Assembly: GCA_004764695.1 (NCBI GenBank)
Contig: SMSO01000034.1
Coordinates: forward strand, 310,001 to 374,000
Direction: 5' to 3'
DNA length: 64,000 nt
From: Schizochytrium sp. TIO01
Taxonomy: Eukaryota > Protista > Bigyra: Labyrinthulomycetes
Within the stretch, counting starts at the first letter, position 1. Every line of letters starts with the position of its first letter. The notes under the pieces were generated by a model. The model saw nothing but the letters and a program-made list of their open reading frames with translations. It was not told where the DNA came from and ran no database searches. This document shows, one piece after another, positions 53,434 to 64,000 of the stretch. Both the position numbers and the translations under genes were made by a program.

Positions 53434-55305
53434 ATGCCATTGAGCGCCGTCCTCGCCGGAGGGCCGCCCGCTCCTTGCGCCATCGCCGCCCCCGCGTCGA
53501 CGACCATGCGTACGGAATCCTTCGCTTCCTCAGCGTCCTCCTCCTCCGCTGCAACCTCCGCTCTCTCAACCGTCATGTCCGGTCTCGCCATGGGCGCTGC
53601 CAAGCCCTCGGCGTCAACCTCATCCTCAGCAACAACACCATCGTCGCCCTCCTCAGCAGCCTCTGTTAGGCCCCCGCCGCCACCTTCAGCCCAGAATGCC
53701 TCGTCCGCCCACGCCCTGCGTCGCGGAAGTGTTCTCGACGGCCGTCATGCCCTTGAGAACCTGCGCACGGTACGTCGGATCAAAGATCACTATCGCATCA
53801 AAGAGGAGCTCGGAAAGGGCGCATTTTCTGTGGTTTATAGAGCGCAACACATCACTTCTGGCGAAAAGGTTGCCGTGAAGATCATCCAGTTCTCATCTTT
53901 ATCTTCATCGGAACAGCTTCGCCAGGAGCGCATTTTAGAGAATGAGATCAAGATCATGCAGCGTATTCGTGAGAGGTGTGATACAACGAACTTGATTAAG
54001 CTCAAGGATGTTGTCCGCGAGGAGAACCGCATTGCAATTGTCATGGAAGTCTTGGAAGGTAAAGAACTGTTCGACCGCATTGTGGCTAGGCAAAGATACA
54101 CTGAGCAGGACGCAGCTCAGCTGATGATCAAGATCATGAGAGCAGTACAGACGTTGCATAATGCGGGCATTCTCCACAGAGATCTCAAGCCAGAGAATCT
54201 GGTCTTCGCTAGTGATGCTGAAGATGCTGAGGTCAAAATCACCGACTTTGGACTCGCCATGGTTATGGACTGGCCAGACGTCCACAAGACTGTTGTTGGG
54301 ACGCCAAACTACGTAGCACCTGAGGTTGTCTCGATTCAACCTAGAGGCCCTTTTTATGGCCCTCCCTGTGATATCTGGTCCATGGGTGTAATTCTTTACA
54401 TTCTTCTTGTAGGATACCCACCTTTCTATCATGAGAACGTCCGGGAACTCTTTAAGCAGATTCGCCGTGGAGCTTACGAATTCCATGCTGACCAGTGGGC
54501 CAACATCTCCAAAGATGCCAAGGATCTTGTTAGCCGTATGCTTGTCACCGACCCAAACAAGCGCCTCACCTGCGAGGAAGTGCTCAGCCACCGCTGGATG
54601 AAGAACGCCCCAAGCGAGGAGCTTGGATCTACGCTCGACCAGATGAAGAAGCTCCGTGCCAAGCAGCGATTCCGCGCGGCAGCCATGGCTGTCATCTGGG
54701 GTGCTCAACTCGGCATGCGCCGCAAGCTGCAAAACCTTGTCGATTCCTCCGAGGCCAATTGCTTCAACCTCGACGAACTTCAACGTATCCGCGCATCCTT
54801 CCAGCTTCACGCGTACCAGGAGCATCTCGACCGTGCAGCATTCCATTCCACTATGCGTCGCCTTGGCTTCGAGGACGTTCCAATTGATCGCATGTTCGAA
54901 CTTTTTGACCAAAAGGGACAGGGATTAATTGATTATCGGACATTCCTCGCCAACCTTGCCATCCTGCGTAAAAGTGAAGAGGATGCTTTGCTCCTTTGCT
55001 TTAAAATTTATGATGAGCACGACTCAGGCTTCATCTCCAAAGACAGTGTTGCCAGGGTTCTTTCCGTCATCCTCAATAAGGATACAGAAGAAATTGTTGA
55101 TACCCTTGAGCGAATTTTTGACCGCGTTGACGTGAATGGAGATAATCTGATTAGCTTTGACGAATTCAAAGCAGGTATATTCTCCGAACCCGTCCTCGTG
55201 CAAGCCTTCCTCCAGCCGATGGATACTATTGCCAGCTTGCCGGAAGGTAACTTTGCATTTGCAGATATGGAGCGCGGCATTATTGATCAGCGCTACCTCA
55301 CCTAA
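53434..55305 (+). CDS. Ca2+/calmodulin-dependent protein kinase with CaM-binding helix and visinin-like EF hands (CCaMK-like)
   Basis: LGKGAFSVV, VAVK, HRDLKPEN, DFG, APE; RAKQRFRAAAMAVIW; EF-like loops DQKGQGLIDY, DEHDSGFISK and DVNGDNLISFDEF; Ser/Ala/Pro-rich N-terminus. First ATG is 53434. Confidence 0.93.
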   Translation: MPLSAVLAGGPPAPCAIAAPASTTMRTESFASSASSSSAATSALSTVMSGLAMGAAKPSASTSSSATTPSSPSSAASVRPPPPPSAQNASSAHALRRGSVLDGRHALENLRTVRRIKDHYRIKEELGKGAFSVVYRAQHITSGEKVAVKIIQFSSLSSSEQLRQERILENEIKIMQRIRERCDTTNLIKLKDVVREENRIAIVMEVLEGKELFDRIVARQRYTEQDAAQLMIKIMRAVQTLHNAGILHRDLKPENLVFASDAEDAEVKITDFGLAMVMDWPDVHKTVVGTPNYVAPEVVSIQPRGPFYGPPCDIWSMGVILYILLVGYPPFYHENVRELFKQIRRGAYEFHADQWANISKDAKDLVSRMLVTDPNKRLTCEEVLSHRWMKNAPSEELGSTLDQMKKLRAKQRFRAAAMAVIWGAQLGMRRKLQNLVDSSEANCFNLDELQRIRASFQLHAYQEHLDRAAFHSTMRRLGFEDVPIDRMFELFDQKGQGLIDYRTFLANLAILRKSEEDALLLCFKIYDEHDSGFISKDSVARVLSVILNKDTEEIVDTLERIFDRVDVNGDNLISFDEFKAGIFSEPVLVQAFLQPMDTIASLPEGNFAFADMERGIIDQRYLT

Positions 55306-56105
55306 GCCTTGTGGCTTTTTTGTCCCATCGGCAGCCGCTTCCTTCTGTTGGCTCCACCTCTTGTACTACCATTCCCTGTTTTGCACTGCCTACTCTTTGT
55401 TGTCTCTCTGTCATACTTCGTCTGTGCAATACGCTTTTCCCATGACGACACAGCTTTTCTCGACGAAATGCTCCCCTGTCATTTGTTGTTGGGTGAAAAC
55501 ATGAAAATCCGAAAAACAAGATCCGCATTTACGTGCTTATAAATCTAAACTCAAAAGGAAATCCATCGCTCATTTTATTACACTATCTAATAAACAGATT
55601 CAACACCTCACTTTTGTTATGATCTCTTTGATGCCTTCGATCTCTGAAGATATCCCCAACGTAGTCTATTTTTAAATTTCTAAAGATCACAAACAAACAC
55701 AAGTGATATATGGTTGAATACATCATTCTCTTGAAGGTCTAAACAAGTTTATGCGAGCAACACTTTGAAAGGCATGTTCATCTGGTTCGAATTATATCAT
55801 GTAGTTGCCTTGTTTCCTTGTTGTTTGTCACAAACTCAGACTCATTTCGCAGCGTATTTTTTTGGATAAACAAACGCTTAGCGTTTTGCTTTACACAAGA
55901 GAGACAATGCCAATTCAGAGTGACCCTTACGTGTTTTCATTATATAGTCTCTAGTCCTGCTAGCGCCACACAACTCATAAGACAACTCTGAACGATGAGA
56001 TGAAAACCCTCTCAGGTCAATCATATTCCATCCAAAAGTTGCATCCTGGGGATGCATATTTGGTCTCCCGAGTCTTCTGGAGTGGTTCCTCTTTCCTAAG
56101 CTATC

Positions 56106-57518
56106 ATGCCAAAAGCTCCGCCCCCTCTGACTGCACGAGGTCTCTTGGTGCGGGACTTCATCAAGAGATCGCTGTACGAGCAAGGCCAGGGCTACTTTAG
56201 CCAGGTAAACTGTGTGTATTCACCTCCAGAACCTGTCAACTTTAGAGCATTGAAGGGCCATTATGCGTACGTTGCGGAGCTAGACAAGCTCTACAAATCT
56301 CGTGCAGAAAGCTGGCTCACACCTGCAGAAATCTTTCGCCCGTGGTACTCTCGGGCTCTCGCTAGGTACCTGCTTGAAAGCAGTACGCTCACGCCTTGGC
56401 TCAAGCAAGGCGAAGAGCTCCACATCATCGAAGCAGGAGGTGGTAATGGCACCAATGCGCTGCATGTGCTGGACTACATTAAGGAGTGTGCGCCCAAAAT
56501 CTACGAGCGGACAACATATCGCTTAATCGAAATCAGCGATGCTATGGCAGAACGCCAGACTACGCTTCTCAATGCTGCACATCCAGGAAGATTTGAGGTA
56601 AATAATGAGGATTTCTGCACCTTTTCAGGACGTGGCGAAGATGGACCGTGCGCAGTTATTGCGCTTGAAGTGCTTGATAACTTGCCGCATGACAAACTCG
56701 TACGTAAATTGAGCGCTGAAAAGAAGGCCGAGGTGTCTGGCAAGGACCCTTGGTGGATCTATTCGTCCAATGATATTCTCGAGTGGCACCAAACCCACGT
56801 GCTTCCGCTAGAAGAGGATACGAAAGACAAGTTTGGAGAGCAGTTTCGTCCACTTTCAGACCCCCTCGCCGTGCGTGCTGCAGAACTGTTTCTCGGTCGT
56901 CATCAGCTCCCAGCAAACCCGGATACCAACAGTCAAGGTCATGACCAGAACAACACACTGATGGACCGTGTTGTTGACTGGGCGCGATCTAGTCTCATGA
57001 AAGGTCGCATACTTTCCGAAGAGGCACCTGAAGAAAGCAAGGCTCGAAGCGTCTTTGTGCCTACTGGAGCTGTGCAGATGCTTGACACCCTCGCTACGAA
57101 GTTCCCGCAACACGAAGTCCTTGCTGCAGATTTCAACATGCTTCCACCCCCCGAAATTTCCTCCTGGGAAATGATGCGACGACGAGGCGAACCTGGAAGC
57201 ATCTTTGGTGTACGGAATGCGCCTCTGGTTGCGAGCAAGGATGCCAAAGGTAACACCGTGGACCACTCCACTTATCTTGTGCGTCTGGGCTTGGCAGATA
57301 TCTTCTTTCAGACTGACTTCTTGGCTCTGCAGGGCGCGTACCAAAAGGTCATGGGCAAGGAGTGTGTACATGCTAAGTGCCGCCCGCAGAGCCACTTCAT
57401 GCGAGACTACGCAGACTACGCGTACACAGAGACAAGAACGGGATACAACCCAATGTTAGAGGACTACCACAACATGGACTTTTTTATGGGTTCAACTATT
57501 ATGCCTCCTCAACATTAA
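56106..57518 (+). CDS. SAM-dependent protein arginine methyltransferase, NDUFAF7/MidA family
   Basis: LVRDFIKRSLY..GYFS, TPAEIFRPWY, motif I IIEAGGGNGT, LIEIS, ALEVLDNLPHD, GLADIFFQTDF. Confidence 0.85.
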   Translation: MPKAPPPLTARGLLVRDFIKRSLYEQGQGYFSQVNCVYSPPEPVNFRALKGHYAYVAELDKLYKSRAESWLTPAEIFRPWYSRALARYLLESSTLTPWLKQGEELHIIEAGGGNGTNALHVLDYIKECAPKIYERTTYRLIEISDAMAERQTTLLNAAHPGRFEVNNEDFCTFSGRGEDGPCAVIALEVLDNLPHDKLVRKLSAEKKAEVSGKDPWWIYSSNDILEWHQTHVLPLEEDTKDKFGEQFRPLSDPLAVRAAELFLGRHQLPANPDTNSQGHDQNNTLMDRVVDWARSSLMKGRILSEEAPEESKARSVFVPTGAVQMLDTLATKFPQHEVLAADFNMLPPPEISSWEMMRRRGEPGSIFGVRNAPLVASKDAKGNTVDHSTYLVRLGLADIFFQTDFLALQGAYQKVMGKECVHAKCRPQSHFMRDYADYAYTETRTGYNPMLEDYHNMDFFMGSTIMPPQH

Positions 57519-57667
57519 TGTAGCGTTAGATCTAGAAGAATTTTTATATGCGGTTTTGGGATTTGGTTTTAATTCTCTCCAAATGATTGCACAGATAGAC
57601 CCCAACGAATTTATCTCGTTGATATTGATGTAAATGAAGATGAAGATAGACTTCTTTATTTATAAAG

Positions 57668-59422
57668 TTAGTTACTTGCCTCCTCGACATTGATGTAGAT
57701 GGGCGCAGGGTGGTTGCTCTCGGCAAGAAGCTTCTTGACAAGGTCAGCAGGCACGTCAGCAATCATGTGCTGGCTGTGATCGAGAGGATCCTCACAACCA
57801 GTGCATACGCGGAGCACGGGGCACTCCTCGAAGAGCTTGTCATCGATAACAGGGATAACATCGCCCTTGACGTTGTTGTACAGCGACAAAAGGGTCATGC
57901 AGCCCTTCTCGTGGCAGAAAGCATCCTTGGTGCTGCTCGACATACGGACCTCGCGCGCGCCAAGCATCTTGGCCAAAGCCTTAAGGTTAATATCCACAGA
58001 CTGGCGCAAAGCAATCATGTATTCTTTCTTAGCCTTCTTATCCTTGACAAAGAGGTTGTGCGTGGAGTGACCAATGGGGCGCTTTGCCTCCAAATCCGGG
58101 TTCTCCTCACGGCGGGGCACAATGCCCTCCTGGGCAAGGCGGTCCAAGAGACGCTTGTGGGCATCCTCGTGCGAGAGCTCGAGAGGCTTGACCTCAGCAG
58201 AGCTTGCAGCAGGAGCTCCAGCGGCGTCGCCAGCATCATCAGCTCCCTTGTGGGTAAAGGCCTGGATAATAGGCTTGCGACCAGAAGCAGCAATGAAGGC
58301 CAGGAGGTCCTTGGCCTGCACGCCCATGGTGGCCTCATTGGTGAGCGGGTGGAACCAGGAGATGGTCTCCGGAGAGGCAACCATGGCAGTGTCGAGCACG
58401 ACGTTAACCTTGCACTCGGTGTCATTCATGAGCGCAAGGGGAGTCACAGCTCCGGGCTTCATGCCAAGGACCTCAAGGAGGACCTCGGGCTTGGCCTGGC
58501 GGAGCTCCGCAGAGTAGCCGAGCGACTTGGACAGAGCCTTCATGTTTACTTCAGCCTCCTCAGGCACGGACACGAGCCAAATGCAGGAGTCGTCCTCAAC
58601 ATCCTTACGGGGCTTCTTCGCCTTAAGGAACAAGTTCTTGCAGACAAATCCGGGCTTGGATTTGAGCTCCTCCGGCATCTCTGCCATGGTATGAGCCGCC
58701 GTGTGCTCAATGACCTCAAGCTTGGCGGTATCAGCGCCGACCTTGCCGAGAGCCTCCTTGACAATGCTGATCTTCTCAGCCTTGGCAGCGTCATCATCAA
58801 CGCGAGTGAACCCGTTCGATGCTGCAGCAGCAGGCACGTCTACCTTTGCCTTGCCCTTGGCCTCCTTCTCAAGCTGACGCTGAGTCTTCTTCTTCTTCGT
58901 GTTGGCGTTGATCTGGTTTGTCAGGTCTGCGTTGACACGTACGTGGGCAGAGCTTGCAAAGCAGTCAATCTGGAAACCAACACGCTGCTTGCCAAGCGTG
59001 TGCTTGGAGATAGAGTCCACACTGGCGTGCTCCAAACAGGCATCAAACCATGCGTTCACAGCAGGGTAGGCCGCTCGTTGATCCGGCTTGAGGCAAAGTC
59101 CGAAGAGCACGTAGGCAGAGGTCAAAAGCTCGGCATCAGCGGCGTTGGGAGCGTCTCCGCCGATGAACTTAGAGCTCGAGGCACCGAGAATCGTCTCGGC
59201 AGTCTTGAGGGCCTCCTCGAATTGGCCTTCCTGGCGCACGCGCTCCTGGTACTTGGTATCGCGGGCTCCGAGACGGGCACAGAGCATGAGAACGGCGGCA
59301 TCCTTCTCAGGGATTGCACTCTTAAGCTGGCTCGACACGCTCTGGATATCAGAGCTCACGTCACCACTGTCGCTGCCCAAAAGGCTCGAACGGAGGGCAT
59401 CCATGTCGAAGACGTTGGCCAT
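57668..59422 (-). CDS. GST-C-like domain + two YbaK/ProX (prolyl-tRNA editing, PrdX/ProXp-ala-like) domains
   Basis: FIGGDAPNAADA..YPAVNAWF (GST-C-like); CKNLFLK, LGMKPGAVTPLALMND, FHPLTNEAT; second copy THNLFVKDKK..KGCMTLLSLYNN. Strong GC3 bias. Confidence 0.82.
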   Translation of the reverse strand: MANVFDMDALRSSLLGSDSGDVSSDIQSVSSQLKSAIPEKDAAVLMLCARLGARDTKYQERVRQEGQFEEALKTAETILGASSSKFIGGDAPNAADAELLTSAYVLFGLCLKPDQRAAYPAVNAWFDACLEHASVDSISKHTLGKQRVGFQIDCFASSAHVRVNADLTNQINANTKKKKTQRQLEKEAKGKAKVDVPAAAASNGFTRVDDDAAKAEKISIVKEALGKVGADTAKLEVIEHTAAHTMAEMPEELKSKPGFVCKNLFLKAKKPRKDVEDDSCIWLVSVPEEAEVNMKALSKSLGYSAELRQAKPEVLLEVLGMKPGAVTPLALMNDTECKVNVVLDTAMVASPETISWFHPLTNEATMGVQAKDLLAFIAASGRKPIIQAFTHKGADDAGDAAGAPAASSAEVKPLELSHEDAHKRLLDRLAQEGIVPRREENPDLEAKRPIGHSTHNLFVKDKKAKKEYMIALRQSVDINLKALAKMLGAREVRMSSSTKDAFCHEKGCMTLLSLYNNVKGDVIPVIDDKLFEECPVLRVCTGCEDPLDHSQHMIADVPADLVKKLLAESNHPAPIYINVEEASN

Positions 59423-62400
59423 TTTGCGACACAGAGGATCCTGAAAAGCTCAAAGGCGGCAGAGAAACTAGACAAAATTTAAGGCGGAAGTTTGCGCTAG
59501 GGTCGCACGCAGAGGCGACGCGAGGGCGTAACGCGAGAGTAGCAGATTGCACGCCGTCGTTGCGCGCAGTCAGCCTGGCTGCCATGAAATCAAATCCAGT
59601 GATATCCTCGGATACGGTTCTGCGCCGGTTCTGCGCCGGTTCTTCTCAAGCTGCGGCTCTTTTGTTTTACACGGACAGAGTGCTGCGAGAAGCATTTTGC
59701 GAACAGAAGCGGGCTTAATGATGTGATTGGGATGGACATTCGATAAGTCAGGGAAGGGTGCATTGAGTTGACTCACCTCGTTTTATTCAGGAGAAACCAA
59801 TTGGCTTTTGCGATGCGTAAGTTGATATGACCTGTAAGAAGGAAAGGATTTACAGTTTACTCTTGATCAGAGCTGTCGCTTTCTTAGTCTGAAAATAGTT
59901 GTACCTGGTTAAAATCGAAGAACTAGATAGTTTTACTTTGTTTCTCAGTTCTTTCTTGTCCTGGATACTAGGTATCAACCTAATGGTATGATCTAAACTC
60001 GATCTTATAGTCACATGAAAAAATTCCAGCGCCTGGCAAGTGAGAATGCTCAGTTCCAGTTCCATTTTTCTTCAAATCACTTCACCCATTATGTATGCAG
60101 CGAGATGAGCATGGCATCTTTCTGTTTGTCTCTTTTGTAGCATCTTGCATACATATATATCGAGAGACAGGAAGCTAAAATGTAATCTACGATGCGTAGA
60201 CGTTTATCTAAACGTGTCCAAGCGACTTGGTCTAACGGAGATAAGAAAAGGGAGCCATGGAAGTGTATAAAACGAGCTTTGCTGCTAAAACATACATGTC
60301 AGAGTCGGGCTCGGATGCACTACTAGAGGCAAGCATGCGCGGTATGGCTACACTTTGACATATTTCAAAGGTATTCACCGACACAAAGCTGCAAGTCAAA
60401 ACCTGTGTTTGGGCTTCCGTCAGTGACGCATCACGAAGCAGTCTCGGCAAATCCTCGTTGTACTTTCCAGCATCCTAAAATGGACGACAATAGTTGAACT
60501 TGGGCTCTCCAAGCTGCTCTGTTCTTCAAGGATGTTTACGATGATTTTCTCTCGAGTTCCAGTCATAGCCTCTGCAGACTTAGTTTTAAACGTCTTTCAT
60601 TTGTACCGCAGAAGTTAACATAAGGAATCTTCAGTTTAATGGTCGAGTTCAGAAGGAGAATGCAAGGGTTTTATCAAGTGACCGAGTCAGTCCCTTGATT
60701 CTGATGATTTAATTATTTTTTGACATCACTCCTGCTGAAAGAAAAAAAACAGCTTTCGAAACCTCTGAAACCCTTTACTTTGTTGCATGAAATGTCAATC
60801 CTTCTCCTTTCGAGAAGTCTAAACTACTTTTATGTCGATGCTTTGCCGCGAGGTTCAAGATTACCGGTGTTTCTTTTAGCTTTTGCCGTATCGCAGTCCG
60901 CCCTTTTCCCTTCGGTCTGCCCCGCCATCGACACCGTGCAGAGTGAGCGTCCCAGGACCTCTTGCACAATTGTCGTTCTTGCGTTCCGCCGTATATTTCA
61001 TCTTCGTGAACTCTTCTTCATTCTTTGAGCTGCCAGAGCGAAAACGTGCGTCTCAGTCAGGTACAAACAAGCTCGAAACACACTTCAAGTTCGAGTCCCA
61101 TTCCAAGGCCTCAAGCCAACCCATTCACGGCACGCATCGTCGTCATCGTCATCATCGCCGGCATCTTGGAGAGTCTAATTCGAGTGGGCACAGAGACACT
61201 TTCAATTATCGCGCCGTGTGAGCAGCCCTGCCAGCTTATCGACTCTGGAGGTTGATCTTGATGACATTGAATGGGTGCCTCGAGTTCGCTCGGGCGGGGC
61301 GCCGTGGTCGGGAGGTCTTGGCGCTTCGAAGCAGCGGACTATCTTGACAGGCTGCTCAGGCTTGAAGCTTGAAATGCTGATTTCTTCACGACCTCTCGAA
61401 CAGGTACCAAGTTCCGAGTTTCAGCGTGCCAGCACCGTCTGTGAGTTTTGCTGTGTTACCTTTCGCTGCCTTTCTCGAACCCGTTCTACTGATGCCTCAG
61501 CCTTTGTTTGATGGCAATCTCTGCGGCGAGAAGGTCGCAGAGTCCTCGAGTTGAGCTCGAAGCACGGAGCTGCAGCTAGCTGCCAGGCCTCCCTCTGCTT
61601 GCATCCCGAACGGCCTGGTTCGAGCCATGTATGTGCCTGGTGTCGAAGGAGCTGCGATCTCGAGACGCGCACAAGTCGTCGGCGATTGTGGTGGAATTCT
61701 GCGAGCTGAGGGCATTTCAGGGGTATGCCCACTTCGTTGGTAATTCGTTCAACGATTTATGCTTTGGGTTATTCATCGATGTATCCATCCTTGGATTTAT
61801 CCATTCAAGTTTAACAGCCAAGTAAGTAAGTATGTAAGTAAGTAGGTAAGCGACAAATTTGATTGATCCTTCGATTCATCCATCCATCCATCGATTCATG
61901 CATCCATTGAAGGGTGTAAGTTGGCGATAATGGATTTATTCATCGATTTACGATTGATTCATTTCGTTAGTTTGGCTTTCTTGGTGGTCGTCTGACTCGC
62001 GAGAAGCGCAGAACAAGCAACACTCAAGTTTACGCTGACTCTGCGGTTGAAGAGCTCTGTCGTGCATTCATTCGAGCTGTGGGGCGAATGACAATGCAAT
62101 TTCTTGGATTTTGTCTGTTCTTGTGGATTCTCTTGCTTGCGACGGGCGAGGCCTTGGAAACCTTGCAATGCTTACGCCTCATTGAGCGTAGCAGCAGTGG
62201 CAGTCTGTGCGGGGATAAGCATGAGCTCCTGCGGGTTGGAAACAAAGTCCAAGGTCGCTGCTGTTTTCATAGCGCGCTGTTTGGAATGGATCATAACTTC
62301 AAAGCGATACCTGAACTTCGCGTTCTTTGCTTTTTCGAAAGAAACACCACGAAACTGAAAGTGGTTAGTACACAGTAGGTACTTTCAGTTCCTTTTTTTT

Positions 62401-63161
62401 TTTTTTTTTCCTTTTTAATTTAAAACAAACTACAGTTAGTAGAATAATTTTAAAATTTAATTTAAGAATCATTCCATCAATTTTTTCCAACTCAGCTGCA
62501 TCTTCATGACCAGCTGCAGCTTCATTCTAGCACTGCTCACGCAAAGACCACCGCCAAGCATCAGCCAGATCATCGCATCGTCCGCGCCCGCCACGATAAG
62601 CTCGAGCTCAGCCAGGCAAACCGAGCTCGGCTCGTGTGGCATACGTCGGAAACCTTAGCTGGTGTGAGCTGACCATAGGAGGGAGGAGGGAGATTCATAT
62701 TTCCAGTCCCGTGAGAACTCGCCGCCAAAAGCCTCAGGAAAGACCGCAGCCAGGCTATCTATTCACTCCTCGCCGCGCTGCCCTGGGGCTTCAGCTCCTC
62801 CTGCTCTGAGTCGAGGAATTCGTCGCCGAGCGGGTGGGCGGGCGGCCCTCGGTCCAAGCCCGACCTCCTCAAGTCTCAATCTCAAAATCTCAATCTCAAA
62901 AAAAAAAATCAAAGCTGCTCGAGCTATGACACGATATATCATATGATGGGAAGAAAGGCGGCGTCTGTTGGTTTTGCGATTCTGCGATTCTGTCTCTCAC
63001 TCAATTGGTTTCCGGAAGAGTGGGAACGCAATCGTCGCGAGCTTTGGCCAAAAGTTCGAGCAAGGCTTTGCGAAGTCTGCCGCCATCGCGAACCCTTCGC
63101 CTTGGAGCGAATCGGCGTCAGTGGCCAGCTCGCTCCGCTCCACTCTCCTCGTCGACGCTGT

Positions 63162-63218
63162 TTCATTTTCATTTTCATTCTCATTTTCATTCTCATTCGC
63201 ATTCTCATTCTCATTCTC
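63162..63218. repeat. Hexamer microsatellite (TTCATT/CTCATT)n
   Basis: Seen directly in the sequence. Confidence 0.85.
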
Positions 63219-63537
63219 AAGAACTTGGTTGGTGGCTTTCTTGGACTTTGCGACAGGAATTGTTGCCGCTGCTGCCGCTGCTTTGGTCAGTCAGGTTGAT
63301 GGAGAGAAGCGGCACAAGAACGACCTGGAGAACGGCAGGAAGGAGCTCGAAGCGAGCGAGCACCTGTGCCAAAGACGTTCGCCACCTGTCGATAACGAGG
63401 GCGAAAGGCTGGCACTGAAGATGGATGGTCTCGCGCGGCGTCGTCTACAACGGCAACAGCGACGCGGCAGCGATGACTCTAGAGTTATAAGAGCAGCAGA
63501 AGATGAGAAGCGCTTTGAGCAGCGCAGGTTCGGAGGC

Positions 63538-63776
63538 TCTTGTCTTGTCTTGTCTTGTCTTGTCTTGTCTTGTCTTGTCTTGTCTTGTCTTGTCTTGTCT
63601 TGTCTTGTCTTGTCTTGTCTTGTCTTGTCTTGTCTTGTCTTGTCTTGTCTTGTCTTGTCTTGTCTTGTCTTGTCTTGTCTTGTCTTGTCTTGTCTTGTCT
63701 TGTCTTGTCTTGCCTTGTCTTGTCTTGTCTTGTCTTGTCTTGTCTTGTCTTGTCTTGTCTTGTCTTGTCTTGTCTT
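63538..63776. repeat. (TCTTG)~47 pentanucleotide microsatellite
   Basis: Near-perfect array with one variant unit (CCTTG at ~63713). Confidence 0.97.
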
Positions 63777-64000
63777 CTGTTCGTTCGCTGCGACGGGGAA
63801 TTCGCAGGGATTTGCGGCGACTCCTTGGGAAAGATTACGATGACTTCCTTCGGGAAGCCTCGCGGTGGAAGCCGCGAAGCGTCATAGGTGGTCTTGTAAA
63901 ATGGAACTCGAAGAGCGGAGTAGGAGTGGACTAGGCGGCGCCTAGGCGCTCGGGGATTTGGGAGCAAAGCAAAGCTGAGGCATCAGCAAACCCCAAACCT

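Noticed and set aside
53935-54912. 325-aa minus-strand ORF
   Set aside because: It is antisense to the kinase and best explained as a codon-bias shadow.
57710-59482. 590-aa plus-strand ORF
   Set aside because: It is the antisense shadow of the GC3-biased ProX gene, shows no recognisable motifs and has a non-ATG start.
61820-61960. (GTAA)n / (ATCC)n tract resembling repeated splice donors
   Set aside because: It is a simple degenerate microsatellite, and no convincing flanking exon was found.
63485-63967. ORFs with VLSCL / QDKTR repeats
   Set aside because: They are translations of the stop-free (TCTTG)n microsatellite.
1-64000. CRISPR array, rRNA, tRNA or autonomous transposon
   Set aside because: No repeat-spacer array, rRNA signature, cloverleaf, or transposase/RT ORF was recognised.

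Overview
Eukaryotic genomic DNA with AT-rich intergenic spacers, long apparently intronless genes, poly-A/T tracts and microsatellites. The overall style suggests a protist such as a thraustochytrid (stramenopile), but that is inference only. The window has three zones. (1) 1-29 kb is a fast-evolving, segmentally duplicated, immune-like locus. It holds two TIR-NACHT(STAND)-WD40 NLR-like genes 23,575 bp apart and six vWA-domain loci: one on the minus strand, three tandem mosaic copies (two with a broken MIDAS) and two pseudogenes. (2) 31-41 kb is a tandem array of five diverged receptors with an N-terminal EGF-like module and about 7 TM helices. (3) 42-60 kb contains a double actin-fold protein whose second fold looks circularly permuted, a kinase-RBR E3 pseudogene, an SDR reductase, a plant CCaMK/DMI3-like kinase, an NDUFAF7/MidA methyltransferase and a GST-ProX-ProX protein. 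The window ends in low-complexity repeats. All calls come from manual motif reading; no database searches were run.
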